DNA of 64,000 nucleotides, taken from the IMG/VR virus record IMGVR_UViG_3300041411_000129, positions 124,001 to 188,000 of that record. One strand, written 5' to 3'. The translations under genes were made by a program, and so were the position numbers. Position 1 is the first letter of the stretch. Every line of letters starts with the position of its first letter. The notes below the pieces were generated by a model. That model worked only from the letters and a program-made list of their open reading frames with translations, made no database searches and was not told the DNA's origin. Positions 8,081-17,892 of the stretch are shown piece after piece.

Positions 8081-9670
8081 ATGGAATTCAGCATCACTGG
8101 ATTTACCAAACGAAGTTTCTCAGCTGTCGCTGTGTCCCACCCTGGTGAAAACGATATCATCATTAATGCTGCGGGTTACGCTAACGCTAAACCGGGTGCA
8201 GTAAAGAACGATGACGAGTTCGGGATGCGCGTCGAGCTGTTCAGCGAGATCAATGATCTCATCAGCCGTTACAGTAAGGGGGATCAACAAAAGCTGTACG
8301 ATTGCTACGCCCGCCTTGACACGGTGCTGGACTCGTACGGTACAGATGTAAAAGCCAGTGAATTCATGGAGTTGCTGCAAGATATCGTTAAAGGTATCTT
8401 CGACATCGTGAAGTTCGAAGATCTGCGTGATTACCTGACCAGTAATAAGAACATCAAGTTCCCCGCAGAACTGGCCGACACTTACGTTACAGCAGATAAG
8501 ATCACTCCGATCTACATGGAGCGTACTTATCTGAAACGGGAATACATCGATCTGGCAGCAGTGGCATTGGGCCTGCGGTGCATGATTCCTGTTTGGGGCG
8601 CCTTCCTTCCAATCGCTATAAAGGAAGAAGGTCCGAAGAAGAAGGAGTACGTTGCGTACAAACTTCTGGAAACCTGCCTGCTCAAAGAGTGTCCTGCATT
8701 CGATCGTCTGGAAACTTACGTTCGGGCAAACACTACCGAGATGGAACACGAGATGGCTATCATCTTCGAGTTCCTGTCATCCGAGGAGATCCCTGTCTTC
8801 CTGATGGCACTGGCATTGATCCGTAAGGTTTCGATCGCCCCGTTGTCCGCAGAGACGGATAAGGATCACTTGATGAAGGTGGTCTTCAACTACGTCTGCG
8901 GTAACAACAACAGACTTCCGGCGGCATTCGGCGGTAACATCCGGTCGAAGATCGATGTGGAAGCAGCAACAGACGACAACAGTTCGGTCTGGTGCTATTA
9001 CAAAATGAAGGAGCAGATCAGTACTGGCGACCTCTGCATCTTCCAGCTGTACATCACCGATTACCTCGAGGCAGCTCGGGCAATCGATCAAGAGATCACT
9101 GACGAACAAACCGAGATGTGCGTAGCCCGCGCGCAGAAGTTGGCACGGTTTGATCCGAACGATGCACAAGTAGCTCTCTGCATCTGGGTTATGTCTACAG
9201 TGGTAGCAGGTTGTGCGATCGAGATGTTCGACCGTAACACTCTGTTCACGGCAATGGGTATTTCCCAGACCGTCCTGTGGAAGTGGGGTTTCCATCAATT
9301 GGCAATCCTACAAACAGCAGCTCCCGTCCAGATGGCAGACGACGAGATGATGACCCCGGTTCCTAGAACCAAGATCAGCGACGAGAACATGAAACAGCTG
9401 GAATACATCTATCCTTACACAATGCCGGAGAGCAAGAAGGATAGTGGTCAATCACCAAACGTTGGGGTACGTGGGGTGGAAGACGCGGCAAATGTATTCT
9501 TTAAGAACGAGTGGGAACCTCAGTGCCCGCGCCAATTGGCAGCGAAGTACGAGCGGACAGACGTTACCCGGCGTCTGCAAGTTTCCAGTGACTTCCGTGA
9601 TGAGCTGGCTGAGTTGTTTATCAAGCTGGACGGTTACGTACGTCACATCCCTATCCCGGTAATGGACTGA
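8081..9670 (+). CDS. Non-virion RNAP sigma-like specificity subunit (phiKZ gp68-like)
   Basis: About 530 aa; position immediately before PicA matches the gp68-gp69-gp70 order; no motif-level proof. Confidence 0.75.
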   Translation: MEFSITGFTKRSFSAVAVSHPGENDIIINAAGYANAKPGAVKNDDEFGMRVELFSEINDLISRYSKGDQQKLYDCYARLDTVLDSYGTDVKASEFMELLQDIVKGIFDIVKFEDLRDYLTSNKNIKFPAELADTYVTADKITPIYMERTYLKREYIDLAAVALGLRCMIPVWGAFLPIAIKEEGPKKKEYVAYKLLETCLLKECPAFDRLETYVRANTTEMEHEMAIIFEFLSSEEIPVFLMALALIRKVSIAPLSAETDKDHLMKVVFNYVCGNNNRLPAAFGGNIRSKIDVEAATDDNSSVWCYYKMKEQISTGDLCIFQLYITDYLEAARAIDQEITDEQTEMCVARAQKLARFDPNDAQVALCIWVMSTVVAGCAIEMFDRNTLFTAMGISQTVLWKWGFHQLAILQTAAPVQMADDEMMTPVPRTKISDENMKQLEYIYPYTMPESKKDSGQSPNVGVRGVEDAANVFFKNEWEPQCPRQLAAKYERTDVTRRLQVSSDFRDELAELFIKLDGYVRHIPIPVMD

Positions 9671-9710
9671 AAAGTTCAATCCCCTAGAGTATTAAGCACA
9701 GGAGTAATTC

Positions 9711-11303
9711 ATGGAACTTGTTAAACTTATCTTCGTGGAAACTGAAGGCAGCGACACTCCAGTCATTCGTCCTTACGAAACCACGCTGAAGAAAGACGAC
9801 CTCGATCTCTTCGCCAAGGCTACCGATGACGGCTCGAACCTGAGCACCATTCGCCTGGCCAAGGTTGTAGCGCCACTCCTCGGTCCATCGAACCGTCGTC
9901 AACACAAGTCCCACATCAGCAATGGTTGGGATACTACTCGGATCATGTTCGGGATGGTTGTTAAGGTGATGAACCGTGACAACGCCAGTACCTACGAATA
10001 TATCGTGGGTTATACCGATCACAGCGAACACGCCCGTCGTGGCGATAACGCGAAGTTCGATGCTGGCATGAAGATGTATTTCAACAACATCACGCGGGTT
10101 CACATGCAGGAATCCCGTCACCGCGATAGCAATATCTGGGTGCCGAAGATCCAAGCGCATGACCAGATCCTGCTTCGCTCCAGCCTGACTGGTTCTGATC
10201 GTGGCACTGCCCGTGGCGGCGATCGTCCAGTTACTCTGCGTCCTACCGACTTGTTCAAACGTGGTGGTGCAGATGCGGCATTCGGTTCGTTCATGCGTGA
10301 TAACGACAGTAATGTCAACAACACCGTTGGTTCGTTCAGCTCGGCAATCCGTGCATCGAACGTTGTCAACAATAGCCAGACCGCTTACGCGGCCCGTAAC
10401 CTGAATGCGTGGATGCAGGCGAGCAACTCGCCTAACGATGCGTACGTCGGTGACGGTAATGATGAAGACACCATCCAGGCAACTTCTGATCGGTTGGCAG
10501 AGAACTCTCTGGAACTCGATCCGTATCTGGAGCGTATCAAGCGCGACACCAACATTCTCCGTGAAGGTTGCATTACTTTCGGCGAACTGATGGACATGAA
10601 CGAAGACTTCGATGAAGATCGTCAGTTGATGTTCGTTCCGTTGGACAAGCGTAAGCGCGGTGGTTTCATCAATAACTCCGCTTGGGGTGAAGATACCAAC
10701 GAGGCGATTGCAGCGACCATCATCGCAAACTCCCTGCCTGGCATTCTGATCAATTCGATGTATTCGTCTGTGTCTGGTCTGGTGCTGAACAGTCGTGCCC
10801 GCTTCGGCGAGTACAAAGTAGTTTGCTCTGAGCCAACTCCGTTTGCTCCAGGTATGTCGGTTAAGGCGAACTGGCCGTACTTCGAAAGTCAGATCGAACA
10901 CGTTCTGATGGAAGAAGTTGGTTGTGGTGGTGCGTTTGAGTTCGAAGCGTACATCGACGCGAACATCGACCAGTTCATCAAGATCCGTATCCGGATGGAC
11001 GGTGGTGAAGAAGCATCGTTCAACTTCCCAGCGTATGCGTCCAGTCTTCTGGCGCCTACTCAGGATAAAGACTTCAAGTCGCTCGATCGGATGTCGAAAG
11101 GCGTTATCGATCTGGCCTCTGGTCTGTCGAACATGCGGATGTCGCGCTCTGGCGTTGGGGCTCGTGAAGACGGCCTGAACACTGGCAGTGAAAGTCGCAT
11201 CAATCTGGCTCCAAGCAGTAAAGAGTCGCGTCCTCGGGATAACGATTACAGAGCCGCTCCAGCAGCAGCCTCTGGCGAACGTAAAGGTGGTAAGGGCTGG
11301 TAA
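9711..11303 (+). CDS. picA: PicA/Imp1-like nuclear-shell protein import factor (phiKZ gp69-like)
   Basis: 530 aa; N-terminal IRPYET and GW...R-x-x-F...Y-x-x-GYTD pattern; synteny between gp68-like and gp70-like genes. Confidence 0.75.
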   Translation: MELVKLIFVETEGSDTPVIRPYETTLKKDDLDLFAKATDDGSNLSTIRLAKVVAPLLGPSNRRQHKSHISNGWDTTRIMFGMVVKVMNRDNASTYEYIVGYTDHSEHARRGDNAKFDAGMKMYFNNITRVHMQESRHRDSNIWVPKIQAHDQILLRSSLTGSDRGTARGGDRPVTLRPTDLFKRGGADAAFGSFMRDNDSNVNNTVGSFSSAIRASNVVNNSQTAYAARNLNAWMQASNSPNDAYVGDGNDEDTIQATSDRLAENSLELDPYLERIKRDTNILREGCITFGELMDMNEDFDEDRQLMFVPLDKRKRGGFINNSAWGEDTNEAIAATIIANSLPGILINSMYSSVSGLVLNSRARFGEYKVVCSEPTPFAPGMSVKANWPYFESQIEHVLMEEVGCGGAFEFEAYIDANIDQFIKIRIRMDGGEEASFNFPAYASSLLAPTQDKDFKSLDRMSKGVIDLASGLSNMRMSRSGVGAREDGLNTGSESRINLAPSSKESRPRDNDYRAAPAAASGERKGGKGW

Positions 11304-11343
11304 AGCCCTTTTCACAAACCCCTATTAATGACCACGGGAATTA

Positions 11344-12609
11344 GTGATGAGTGGAAGTAAGCTCGATCGAATGAATGACTTCAACCGAAAGGTCCTACTT
11401 GACGTAGGGGTTTTCGAAGAAGAAGTAGATGACGGCCATCTGTCCTACCTTAAGGACGGTAAGCCATCTCCAGTGACCCTGAACAAGACTCGTCTGTGCA
11501 TCACCGTACAGCGGATCTTGAAAGAAGGCCTGGGTGAAGAACGTACTGGGTTCCATCCCCTTGCTGAACAGATCACCGAAGGTCCAAGTCCTGTACTGAA
11601 CGCCTTCAAGAACTACGTCGGTGAGCGCATCAAGGCAACGGTTCGCCATATCGGCCTGTCGTTGATGGAACTGGCATCCGACTCCAAGCGCCACAAAGGC
11701 ATGTCTGCCAAGGCTTCCAAGTATCTGACCGCTCTGGCAGGTATTGGTGAAGTCGATGAAAAGACTGTCGATACCATGCGCAAGGTGTTCGATGCTGTCA
11801 GTCAGGTTCCTGAGAAGCACCTGATTACCATTATCCTGAAAGCCAAGACCGACGACGGCAGTCTGCGTCAATCGGTTGTAACCTTCCCGATCATGGATGA
11901 AGCCGATAGCGAAGAAACCGAAACCTTCTTTGGCGTGAAGATGCCACGGAAGACCAAGGACAAAGCGCTGATTGTATCGGTTCTCGAATACATCCTGGGC
12001 GACGAGCCAGCTCGCAAGATGTACACCTCCGGCAGTAAGAATGGCAACTCGCCGTACTTCCACAGCCTGCTGTTGTCCTTCCACAAGCTGGCAACTCGAT
12101 TGAACGACATCCTCACCGTACATGCGCCTAAGTGCCCATCGTTCGAAGAGCTGAAGTTCAATCTGGACTGGAGCGATGAACTCGATAACTTCGACGACTT
12201 CGCCAAGGTTTGCAGCCGAGCAGTTCCTGCTCTGCCGGGTAATACCGGTAAGGAAATCGAAGAAGAACGTTCTGCGTTCGAAGCAAGTGCGAGTGATGTT
12301 GGTGCCGATGATGATCTGCCGTGGAATGAACCTAAAGCCAAACTCACCATCGGTAGCGATGACGAGAAGCGTCCGGCTGCTGGTTCGAGTTTCCGCGACA
12401 CTGTCAACAGCTCTCGTTCGAGCCGTGATCGTGATGATGATCGCTCGGATAGCCGTTCGAATCATGGAAGCTTCCGTGACTTGATGGGCGGTAAGGGTCG
12501 TGACCGCGATCGTGACGATCGTGATAGCCGTCGTGAAAGCCCAAGCTGGCGTTCAGGGCGTGATCGTGATGATCGTGACCGTGGTGGTCGCGGCGGCCGC
12601 GGCTGGTAA
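11344..12609 (+). CDS. phiKZ gp70-like nucleus-associated protein with an RD/RGG-rich tail
   Basis: GFHPLAEQITEGPSPVL block; follows PicA. Confidence 0.75.
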   Translation: MMSGSKLDRMNDFNRKVLLDVGVFEEEVDDGHLSYLKDGKPSPVTLNKTRLCITVQRILKEGLGEERTGFHPLAEQITEGPSPVLNAFKNYVGERIKATVRHIGLSLMELASDSKRHKGMSAKASKYLTALAGIGEVDEKTVDTMRKVFDAVSQVPEKHLITIILKAKTDDGSLRQSVVTFPIMDEADSEETETFFGVKMPRKTKDKALIVSVLEYILGDEPARKMYTSGSKNGNSPYFHSLLLSFHKLATRLNDILTVHAPKCPSFEELKFNLDWSDELDNFDDFAKVCSRAVPALPGNTGKEIEEERSAFEASASDVGADDDLPWNEPKAKLTIGSDDEKRPAAGSSFRDTVNSSRSSRDRDDDRSDSRSNHGSFRDLMGGKGRDRDRDDRDSRRESPSWRSGRDRDDRDRGGRGGRGW

Positions 12610-12616
12610 TTAGCGG

Positions 12617-12660
12617 CATAGAGAGGCGGGGACTTCCCCGCCTATTCTACTTTTCTTTTT
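12617..12660. terminator. Terminator between convergent genes
   Basis: AGGCGGGG-ACTT-CCCCGCCT, then a T-rich tract. Confidence 0.75.
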
Positions 12661-12665
12661 GTTCC

Positions 12666-13007
12666 CTAGCTGACATTTAAGCTAGTTCTGTAGATTTGTT
12701 TAAACCGCGCAACCAAGGCCATGTCAGGCACAAGCACATGGTTGATCGTTTCATCAATCTGGTGAATAGAGGAAAACCCGTTAACTCGCATCACCAGATA
12801 ATGATCCTCAAGTGGTACGCCGTTCGCTAAAAGGAACTGTGTTAGGTCAAACCTGTAGAGATATCCAGTCTCAGGAGACACCATCACTTGACGAGTGGTC
12901 TCAGATTCCCTGAAGTAGATGATCAGGGAGTCCACGTACGTCTTATATTCTTGAGTGAGTGTGAAGCTTGAGGGAGACGCTACGATCCACTTGGAAATGC
13001 CAGTCAT
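12666..13007 (-). CDS. Small conserved protein, possibly LysM/T4 gp53-like baseplate-type fold
   Basis: 113 aa; Y-R-F-D...MRVNG...H-V-L-V-P pattern; fold inferred. Confidence 0.6.
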   Translation of the reverse strand: MTGISKWIVASPSSFTLTQEYKTYVDSLIIYFRESETTRQVMVSPETGYLYRFDLTQFLLANGVPLEDHYLVMRVNGFSSIHQIDETINHVLVPDMALVARFKQIYRTSLNVS

Positions 13008-13035
13008 GTGTTTACCTATAAAAGTCTTGAGTTAT

Positions 13036-13042
13036 ACATTAC
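13036..13042 (+). promoter_or_regulatory. Putative early promoter motif (ACATTAC)
   Basis: Intergenic, 43 nt upstream of the nvRNAP beta-C gene. Confidence 0.6.
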
Positions 13043-13084
13043 CGAAATAGAATCTCAGCCCAAAGTAATAAGGAGACCGATTGA

Positions 13085-15265
13085 ATGAATCCATTTGATC
13101 CAACCGATCATTTACCTCAAGAGCGCTACACCATTCCACCGGAGATGGTTCCGATCAGTGGTTTAAACTCTCAGTTCAAATGTGTCTCTGGTGCCCGTCA
13201 AGCAATGTTCACCGGTAACCTGTCCCAAGTATTGATCGTGGATGGACGTACCCGTAAACGCCAGCAGACTGGGTTGGAACGCGAGATTGCCAAAGCTACA
13301 TTTAACCATCAGTTCCCTCGTGAAGCTGTGGTATTGGCGATCATCCCACGATTTACATCCCGTAACTTCGGCGATAAATTCCAGATCAACCCGTTCGATC
13401 TGGTGATCTACGAGGATTGGGAAACGAAAGAGCTGGACGTGGTCGAGTTGAGCAAGTTTCACGTAATGCACCAGCATTACGGATTCGAGTTCGAATACGA
13501 TCAGGACGTCTACGACGCCATCGTTAAAGGTAAACGTTTCAAAGCAGGTACAGTCATTGCTCGTTCTCCGGCAGTTACGGATGACGGCGACTACATGTAC
13601 GGCCTGGAAACCAACGTCTGCATGATCTCTGATCCGGCAGGTACTGAAGACGGTGTAAAGATCAGTCAGAGTTATGCCAAGCGTATTCGCTCGACAGGCT
13701 TTGAAAGTCGGATTGCTCGCTTCGGCGGTAGCCATTACCCAATTAACTGGAACGGTAACCTGGAGGAGTACAAACCTATTCCAGACATCGGTGATTTCAT
13801 CCAGTCAAACGGTCTGATCTGCGCCTCACGGCCTTTCGATCCAAAGTACGATCCAGTCTACATGACTCGGACCAAGCTACTTAAACCGCAGTATGGGTTG
13901 GACACACCGCTGTACGGCGTACCTAACGCTCAAGTCGTAGACATCCGAGTCCTTCATAACGATAGGCTGTCTTCCCCGAAACTACCAAAGGAAATGACCA
14001 AACAGTTCCTGAAGTACTACGAGGCCGACCAAGAGTTCTACACCAAGATCGTTAAGACGTGCCTCTGCCGGAAAGGTAACTTCCTGGCTGACGACGTTGC
14101 AATGTCTCCACGTCTGCGCATTCTCCTGTACGAAGCAATCGCACGTAGCGGTGAGCGTCTGCTGGAAGAAGGCATCTGGCCGAAGAGCAAAGCCGACCAA
14201 CTGCGTGTTCGCACGAAGTATCGCGGCGAGATCTTAGATGAGTTCCGTGTGGAAATCATCTACCAGTACAAGACGTCGGTTGGTGAAGGTCCTAAGGTTA
14301 CTGACCAATCTGGTGGTAAAGGTGTTACTTCGGCGGTTGCTCCAGACGAAGACATGCCTACAGACGAGAACGGTATTCGTGCCGACGTGGTGATCTTCTC
14401 GAACTCCACGGTAAACCGTCTGAACAACGGTCGTCAACATACCCAGGTAATCGGTGCTGCTGGCCGGGATATCATCAAACGTGTTCGTAAGTCTTACGGC
14501 TTGCCAGCCTTCGGTCCGATTGATCGGGAAGAAGTCAAACGTGCGGTGACGTCTCAGAACAACATGGCTGTAACCATGAAGAACTTTGCGTACATCATCG
14601 GCTTCTATAAGCTAGTGGCGCCTGCAATGTACGAACGTCTGACGCGTAACGATGTCATTCCGCAAGGGATTCACTTGCAGCATGTAATCGAATGCATCAT
14701 GGACGGCGAAGATCCTCACGGTCTGTTCCTGCAACTCGCATCCTCTGACGAAGTCTACATGGACAAAGTCATCAAGGAGATCGAATCAGGTCCGTACATG
14801 CCAGATCTGACGCCAGTGACCTATCGGAACCTGGCTGGCGATATGGTAACCACCAAGACCAGCATCCTGATCGGTCCTGACTACTACCTGCCTTTGGAGA
14901 AGACGGCTACCGACGGTTCCGGTGTATCGTCCTCCAAGACAAACCACTTCGGTGTTACTGCCCGTCTGACGAATGCTGACAAGTATGCCAGCCCTGGCCG
15001 TGAAACCGTAACCAAATCTACCGGTGAGTCCGAAGCGCGTAACCACGCTCACGCATATGGTGCTGAGCCCCTTGCTCACATCATGGACTTGAACTACAAC
15101 CCGGTGGTCCACAAAGAAGCCTGCATGACGATCCTCACCCACGAGACACCGACCAACATCGAATGTCTTGTTGACCGTGAGAAGTTTAAGCTTGGTGGAC
15201 ATCGTCCGCTGGCTTACGTTCGCCACATGATGGCCGTATCTGGTAAGAATATCTCCAGGGAGTAA
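13085..15265 (+). CDS. Non-virion RNA polymerase beta C-terminal subunit (phiKZ gp71-73-like), uninterrupted
   Basis: GARQAMF, EDGVKIS, GPKVTDQSGGKGV (GDK...GNKG equivalent) and GESEAR motifs. Confidence 0.92.
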   Translation: MNPFDPTDHLPQERYTIPPEMVPISGLNSQFKCVSGARQAMFTGNLSQVLIVDGRTRKRQQTGLEREIAKATFNHQFPREAVVLAIIPRFTSRNFGDKFQINPFDLVIYEDWETKELDVVELSKFHVMHQHYGFEFEYDQDVYDAIVKGKRFKAGTVIARSPAVTDDGDYMYGLETNVCMISDPAGTEDGVKISQSYAKRIRSTGFESRIARFGGSHYPINWNGNLEEYKPIPDIGDFIQSNGLICASRPFDPKYDPVYMTRTKLLKPQYGLDTPLYGVPNAQVVDIRVLHNDRLSSPKLPKEMTKQFLKYYEADQEFYTKIVKTCLCRKGNFLADDVAMSPRLRILLYEAIARSGERLLEEGIWPKSKADQLRVRTKYRGEILDEFRVEIIYQYKTSVGEGPKVTDQSGGKGVTSAVAPDEDMPTDENGIRADVVIFSNSTVNRLNNGRQHTQVIGAAGRDIIKRVRKSYGLPAFGPIDREEVKRAVTSQNNMAVTMKNFAYIIGFYKLVAPAMYERLTRNDVIPQGIHLQHVIECIMDGEDPHGLFLQLASSDEVYMDKVIKEIESGPYMPDLTPVTYRNLAGDMVTTKTSILIGPDYYLPLEKTATDGSGVSSSKTNHFGVTARLTNADKYASPGRETVTKSTGESEARNHAHAYGAEPLAHIMDLNYNPVVHKEACMTILTHETPTNIECLVDREKFKLGGHRPLAYVRHMMAVSGKNISRE

Positions 15266-15299
15266 TCCCTGGCGGTACAACGTAGGAGCGTGTTAATTA

Positions 15300-17279
15300 A
15301 TGGCAAGACATCGTCGGTTCAGAGCCCGTGACCTGTTCGATACGATGGTACATCTTTGGCCTTGCGCTGAGTACGAGGAATTCATCCTCGAGTTCGACGA
15401 CGGCGACACGATGACCACCACAACAATCAATACCCAGATCTCCCGCAAGCTCTGGTTGCCACACGAGGTATACGACAAACTCGGTATCTTCAAGCGCCAC
15501 CACATCGGTAATGGTTCGCTGTCCAATGAACGCATCCATGAAGTACAGGGTGCGATCACTGAAGACATGTACAACACGTACGGTGAGTTGGGCTTTAACC
15601 GTGAAGAGTTGTGGCGACACAACTATTACGGCACCAACCGTCTGTACAACGAATCCATCGTCGAATATGCGGCGTATGTTCGCGGCAGTAACTCATTTGA
15701 CTTCAGTCATCTGTACGAGTATCCGCCAATCGCTAAGATCCGTACCGAATGCCAGCCTAACAAGCTGTCTATCGAGAAGGCTTACGATGCGGCGAAGTTG
15801 GTTCTGGAACGTGATCCTGCGATTGCTCGTAACGTGATCATCTCCGACCTTCGGGCTGGGCTGCTGAAGATGGAGCAGTTGCTTCAGATCCTCATCGTGC
15901 GGGGCTATAATACCGACATCGATGGGCACGTATACAGCAAACCTATCATGGGCAACTACTTCGCAGGTATTCATGATCCTGCTGAAGCCATGATGGAATC
16001 CACATTGGCCGCTAAGGCTATCATCTTTACCGGAGCGCCGCTCGAACAAACCGAGTATGCAAACCGGAAGATGCAGTTCACTACCCAGCAGGTTGACTTG
16101 CTGGTAATGGCTGACTGTGGATCGACTGAGTACGGAGAGATTGAGATCACCAAGTTCAGGTTCAAAGCCATGGACGGTCTCAACTATCTCGATCCTGATA
16201 CCAACCGGTTGAAACCATTGCGGATGACTGACACTCACCTGATTGGTGAGACACGCAAGTTCCGTCTGGCATTCAACTGTAAGTACCGGCATCACAACAA
16301 CGTCTGCAAAATGTGCTACGGCTTGCTGGCGTATAACGTGCCGTTCGGTGCGAACATCGGTCATATCGCATCTACAATGACCCAATCGGAAGTATCTCAG
16401 GCAGTGTTGAAGGTTAAGCACTCTGAGGCGTCTGCTTCTTCTGATCCGATCATCATTCAAGATGAAGAACGGCCGTACATCCTCCCAGCATCTGAAGGTC
16501 ACCAGATTCGTCTGAACCCAAGACTGGGCGTTAAGGGTATTCCGCTGATGCTTCGCGGTGGTTACTCTCAGGGTGTTCACAACGCATCGAAGCTTCCTGT
16601 ACTGAAACGTACCGATCTGCGCGCTGGCGTTAACATCGCCAAGTTCAGTCAGTTCCGTGAAGTCAGCTTTGAGCTGCCTAGCGAGAACAAGCAGTCGAAC
16701 CGGGTACACGTCACGGTATCCCGTGGCGCTCGCATGTCGAACCTGACTCGTGAATTCCTGGACTACTTCCTGAAGAAAGGCTTCCGAATCGATGATGATG
16801 GTTATTATCGGATTGATCTGAAGGATTGGAACTTCGACCTGCCAGCCTTTGAAATGCCAAACCGCCACGGTAGCATGAAGGACCACGCAGCAGTAGTGGA
16901 AGTAATGATCCGCTCTACTCGTGACTCCAACCAGCGCCACTTGGGTCGGTTGAAGCAATTGAAGGACTATGCAAACCCAACTGAAGCAATGTTGGATACG
17001 CATGAACTGATCGCACTGAAGGTTCCTGTTCACTTCACCCATGTCGCTATTGTGTTGCTGTCTATGATGGTATCCAGTACGAAGTCCGGTGATTACAGGA
17101 TTCCACCTCTTGGCGAACCTACTCGGTTTGCTAAATACGATCACGTAATCAGTGGTCGCTCGATGGGCGCGTTCTTCGCCTATCAGGGTGGTCGTAACCT
17201 GCTCGATACACTTGAGCAGTACATGATCACCGAACGGGAACAACATCTGCTCGATCCATTGCTGATGCCAGGCTGGTAA
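15300..17279 (+). CDS. Non-virion RNA polymerase beta' C-terminal subunit (phiKZ gp74-like)
   Basis: Bridge-helix-like TEYANRKMQ, DCGS, Zn-site C...CKMCYG and trigger-loop-like SQAVLKVKH. Confidence 0.92.
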   Translation: MARHRRFRARDLFDTMVHLWPCAEYEEFILEFDDGDTMTTTTINTQISRKLWLPHEVYDKLGIFKRHHIGNGSLSNERIHEVQGAITEDMYNTYGELGFNREELWRHNYYGTNRLYNESIVEYAAYVRGSNSFDFSHLYEYPPIAKIRTECQPNKLSIEKAYDAAKLVLERDPAIARNVIISDLRAGLLKMEQLLQILIVRGYNTDIDGHVYSKPIMGNYFAGIHDPAEAMMESTLAAKAIIFTGAPLEQTEYANRKMQFTTQQVDLLVMADCGSTEYGEIEITKFRFKAMDGLNYLDPDTNRLKPLRMTDTHLIGETRKFRLAFNCKYRHHNNVCKMCYGLLAYNVPFGANIGHIASTMTQSEVSQAVLKVKHSEASASSDPIIIQDEERPYILPASEGHQIRLNPRLGVKGIPLMLRGGYSQGVHNASKLPVLKRTDLRAGVNIAKFSQFREVSFELPSENKQSNRVHVTVSRGARMSNLTREFLDYFLKKGFRIDDDGYYRIDLKDWNFDLPAFEMPNRHGSMKDHAAVVEVMIRSTRDSNQRHLGRLKQLKDYANPTEAMLDTHELIALKVPVHFTHVAIVLLSMMVSSTKSGDYRIPPLGEPTRFAKYDHVISGRSMGAFFAYQGGRNLLDTLEQYMITEREQHLLDPLLMPGW

Positions 17280-17287
17280 CTGACAAA

Positions 17288-17318
17288 CATACTGGCGGAG
17301 GAAACTCCGCCTTTATGC
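17288..17318 (+). terminator. Hairpin with CATA/TTTATGC flanks
   Basis: GGCGGAG-GAAA-CTCCGCC-TTTATGC. Confidence 0.7.
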
Positions 17319-17343
17319 CCCACTTTATAAGAAGGAGGCCGTA

Positions 17344-17763
17344 ATGGCTAAGCCGCAATTTGTATCTATACGGTTTGAAGGGGATAGTGCCTCGACTCTC
17401 TTCACCCACGTCGTCTATAAGAAACTACCTGTGAAAGACGATGCGTTACGTTTCTTACACATCGAACGTAAAGGTAACACTAACTTCCTCTTCGATGCCA
17501 CGCGCTTCGTAGACGAGCTTCCAGACTCTCTGGCTATCACTTGGGATCGTGCAGGCGATAGCGCAACATTCACCATTGCCGAGCGTAAGTACGCTATCAG
17601 TATCTACACGGTAATTGATGTTGAGCGGGACAGTCCGTTCTACTTCCTCGATGAACTTCCTGACGGTACATGGCGACTCTGCCACAGCCTTCACTTTATC
17701 CCATGGCACCACGAACACCTGGATACAATCACGATCGAGAAGGTGTCCGTAGAAGTCCAGTAA
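17344..17763 (+). CDS. Hypothetical protein flanked by identical hairpins
   Basis: 139 aa with AAGGAGG RBS. Confidence 0.8.
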   Translation: MAKPQFVSIRFEGDSASTLFTHVVYKKLPVKDDALRFLHIERKGNTNFLFDATRFVDELPDSLAITWDRAGDSATFTIAERKYAISIYTVIDVERDSPFYFLDELPDGTWRLCHSLHFIPWHHEHLDTITIEKVSVEVQ

Positions 17764-17769
17764 CATCCG

Positions 17770-17810
17770 AGGCGGAGGAAACTCCGCCCTAACTCTTACC
17801 TTTCTTTTGT
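17770..17810 (+). terminator. Intrinsic terminator
   Basis: Same 18-nt GGCGGAGGAAACTCCGCC hairpin, then a pyrimidine tract. Confidence 0.7.
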
Positions 17811-17892
17811 AGTAAGAACTAACTATAGACGTATATCTATTATAGGCGAAGTGTGCCGTAAACGCACTAGGTAGATATTTGGGGAGAACGTC

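Noticed and set aside
9684-11315. 543-aa minus-strand ORF exactly antisense to the PicA-like gene
   Set aside because: Shadow ORF caused by the codon bias of the sense gene; no RBS and no recognisable motifs
12410-12600. Short CGTGAT/GATCGT repeats as a possible CRISPR or tandem DNA repeat
   Set aside because: They are codons of the RD-rich protein tail; there is no constant repeat-spacer period
14281-14325. Deviant beta-subunit motif GPKVTDQSGGKG suggesting an inactive RNAP
   Set aside because: Both catalytic-site lysines are kept, and phiKZ-like subunits are known to diverge here
15693-17246. 517-aa antisense ORF inside nvRNAP beta'-C
   Set aside because: Shadow ORF of a conserved essential gene
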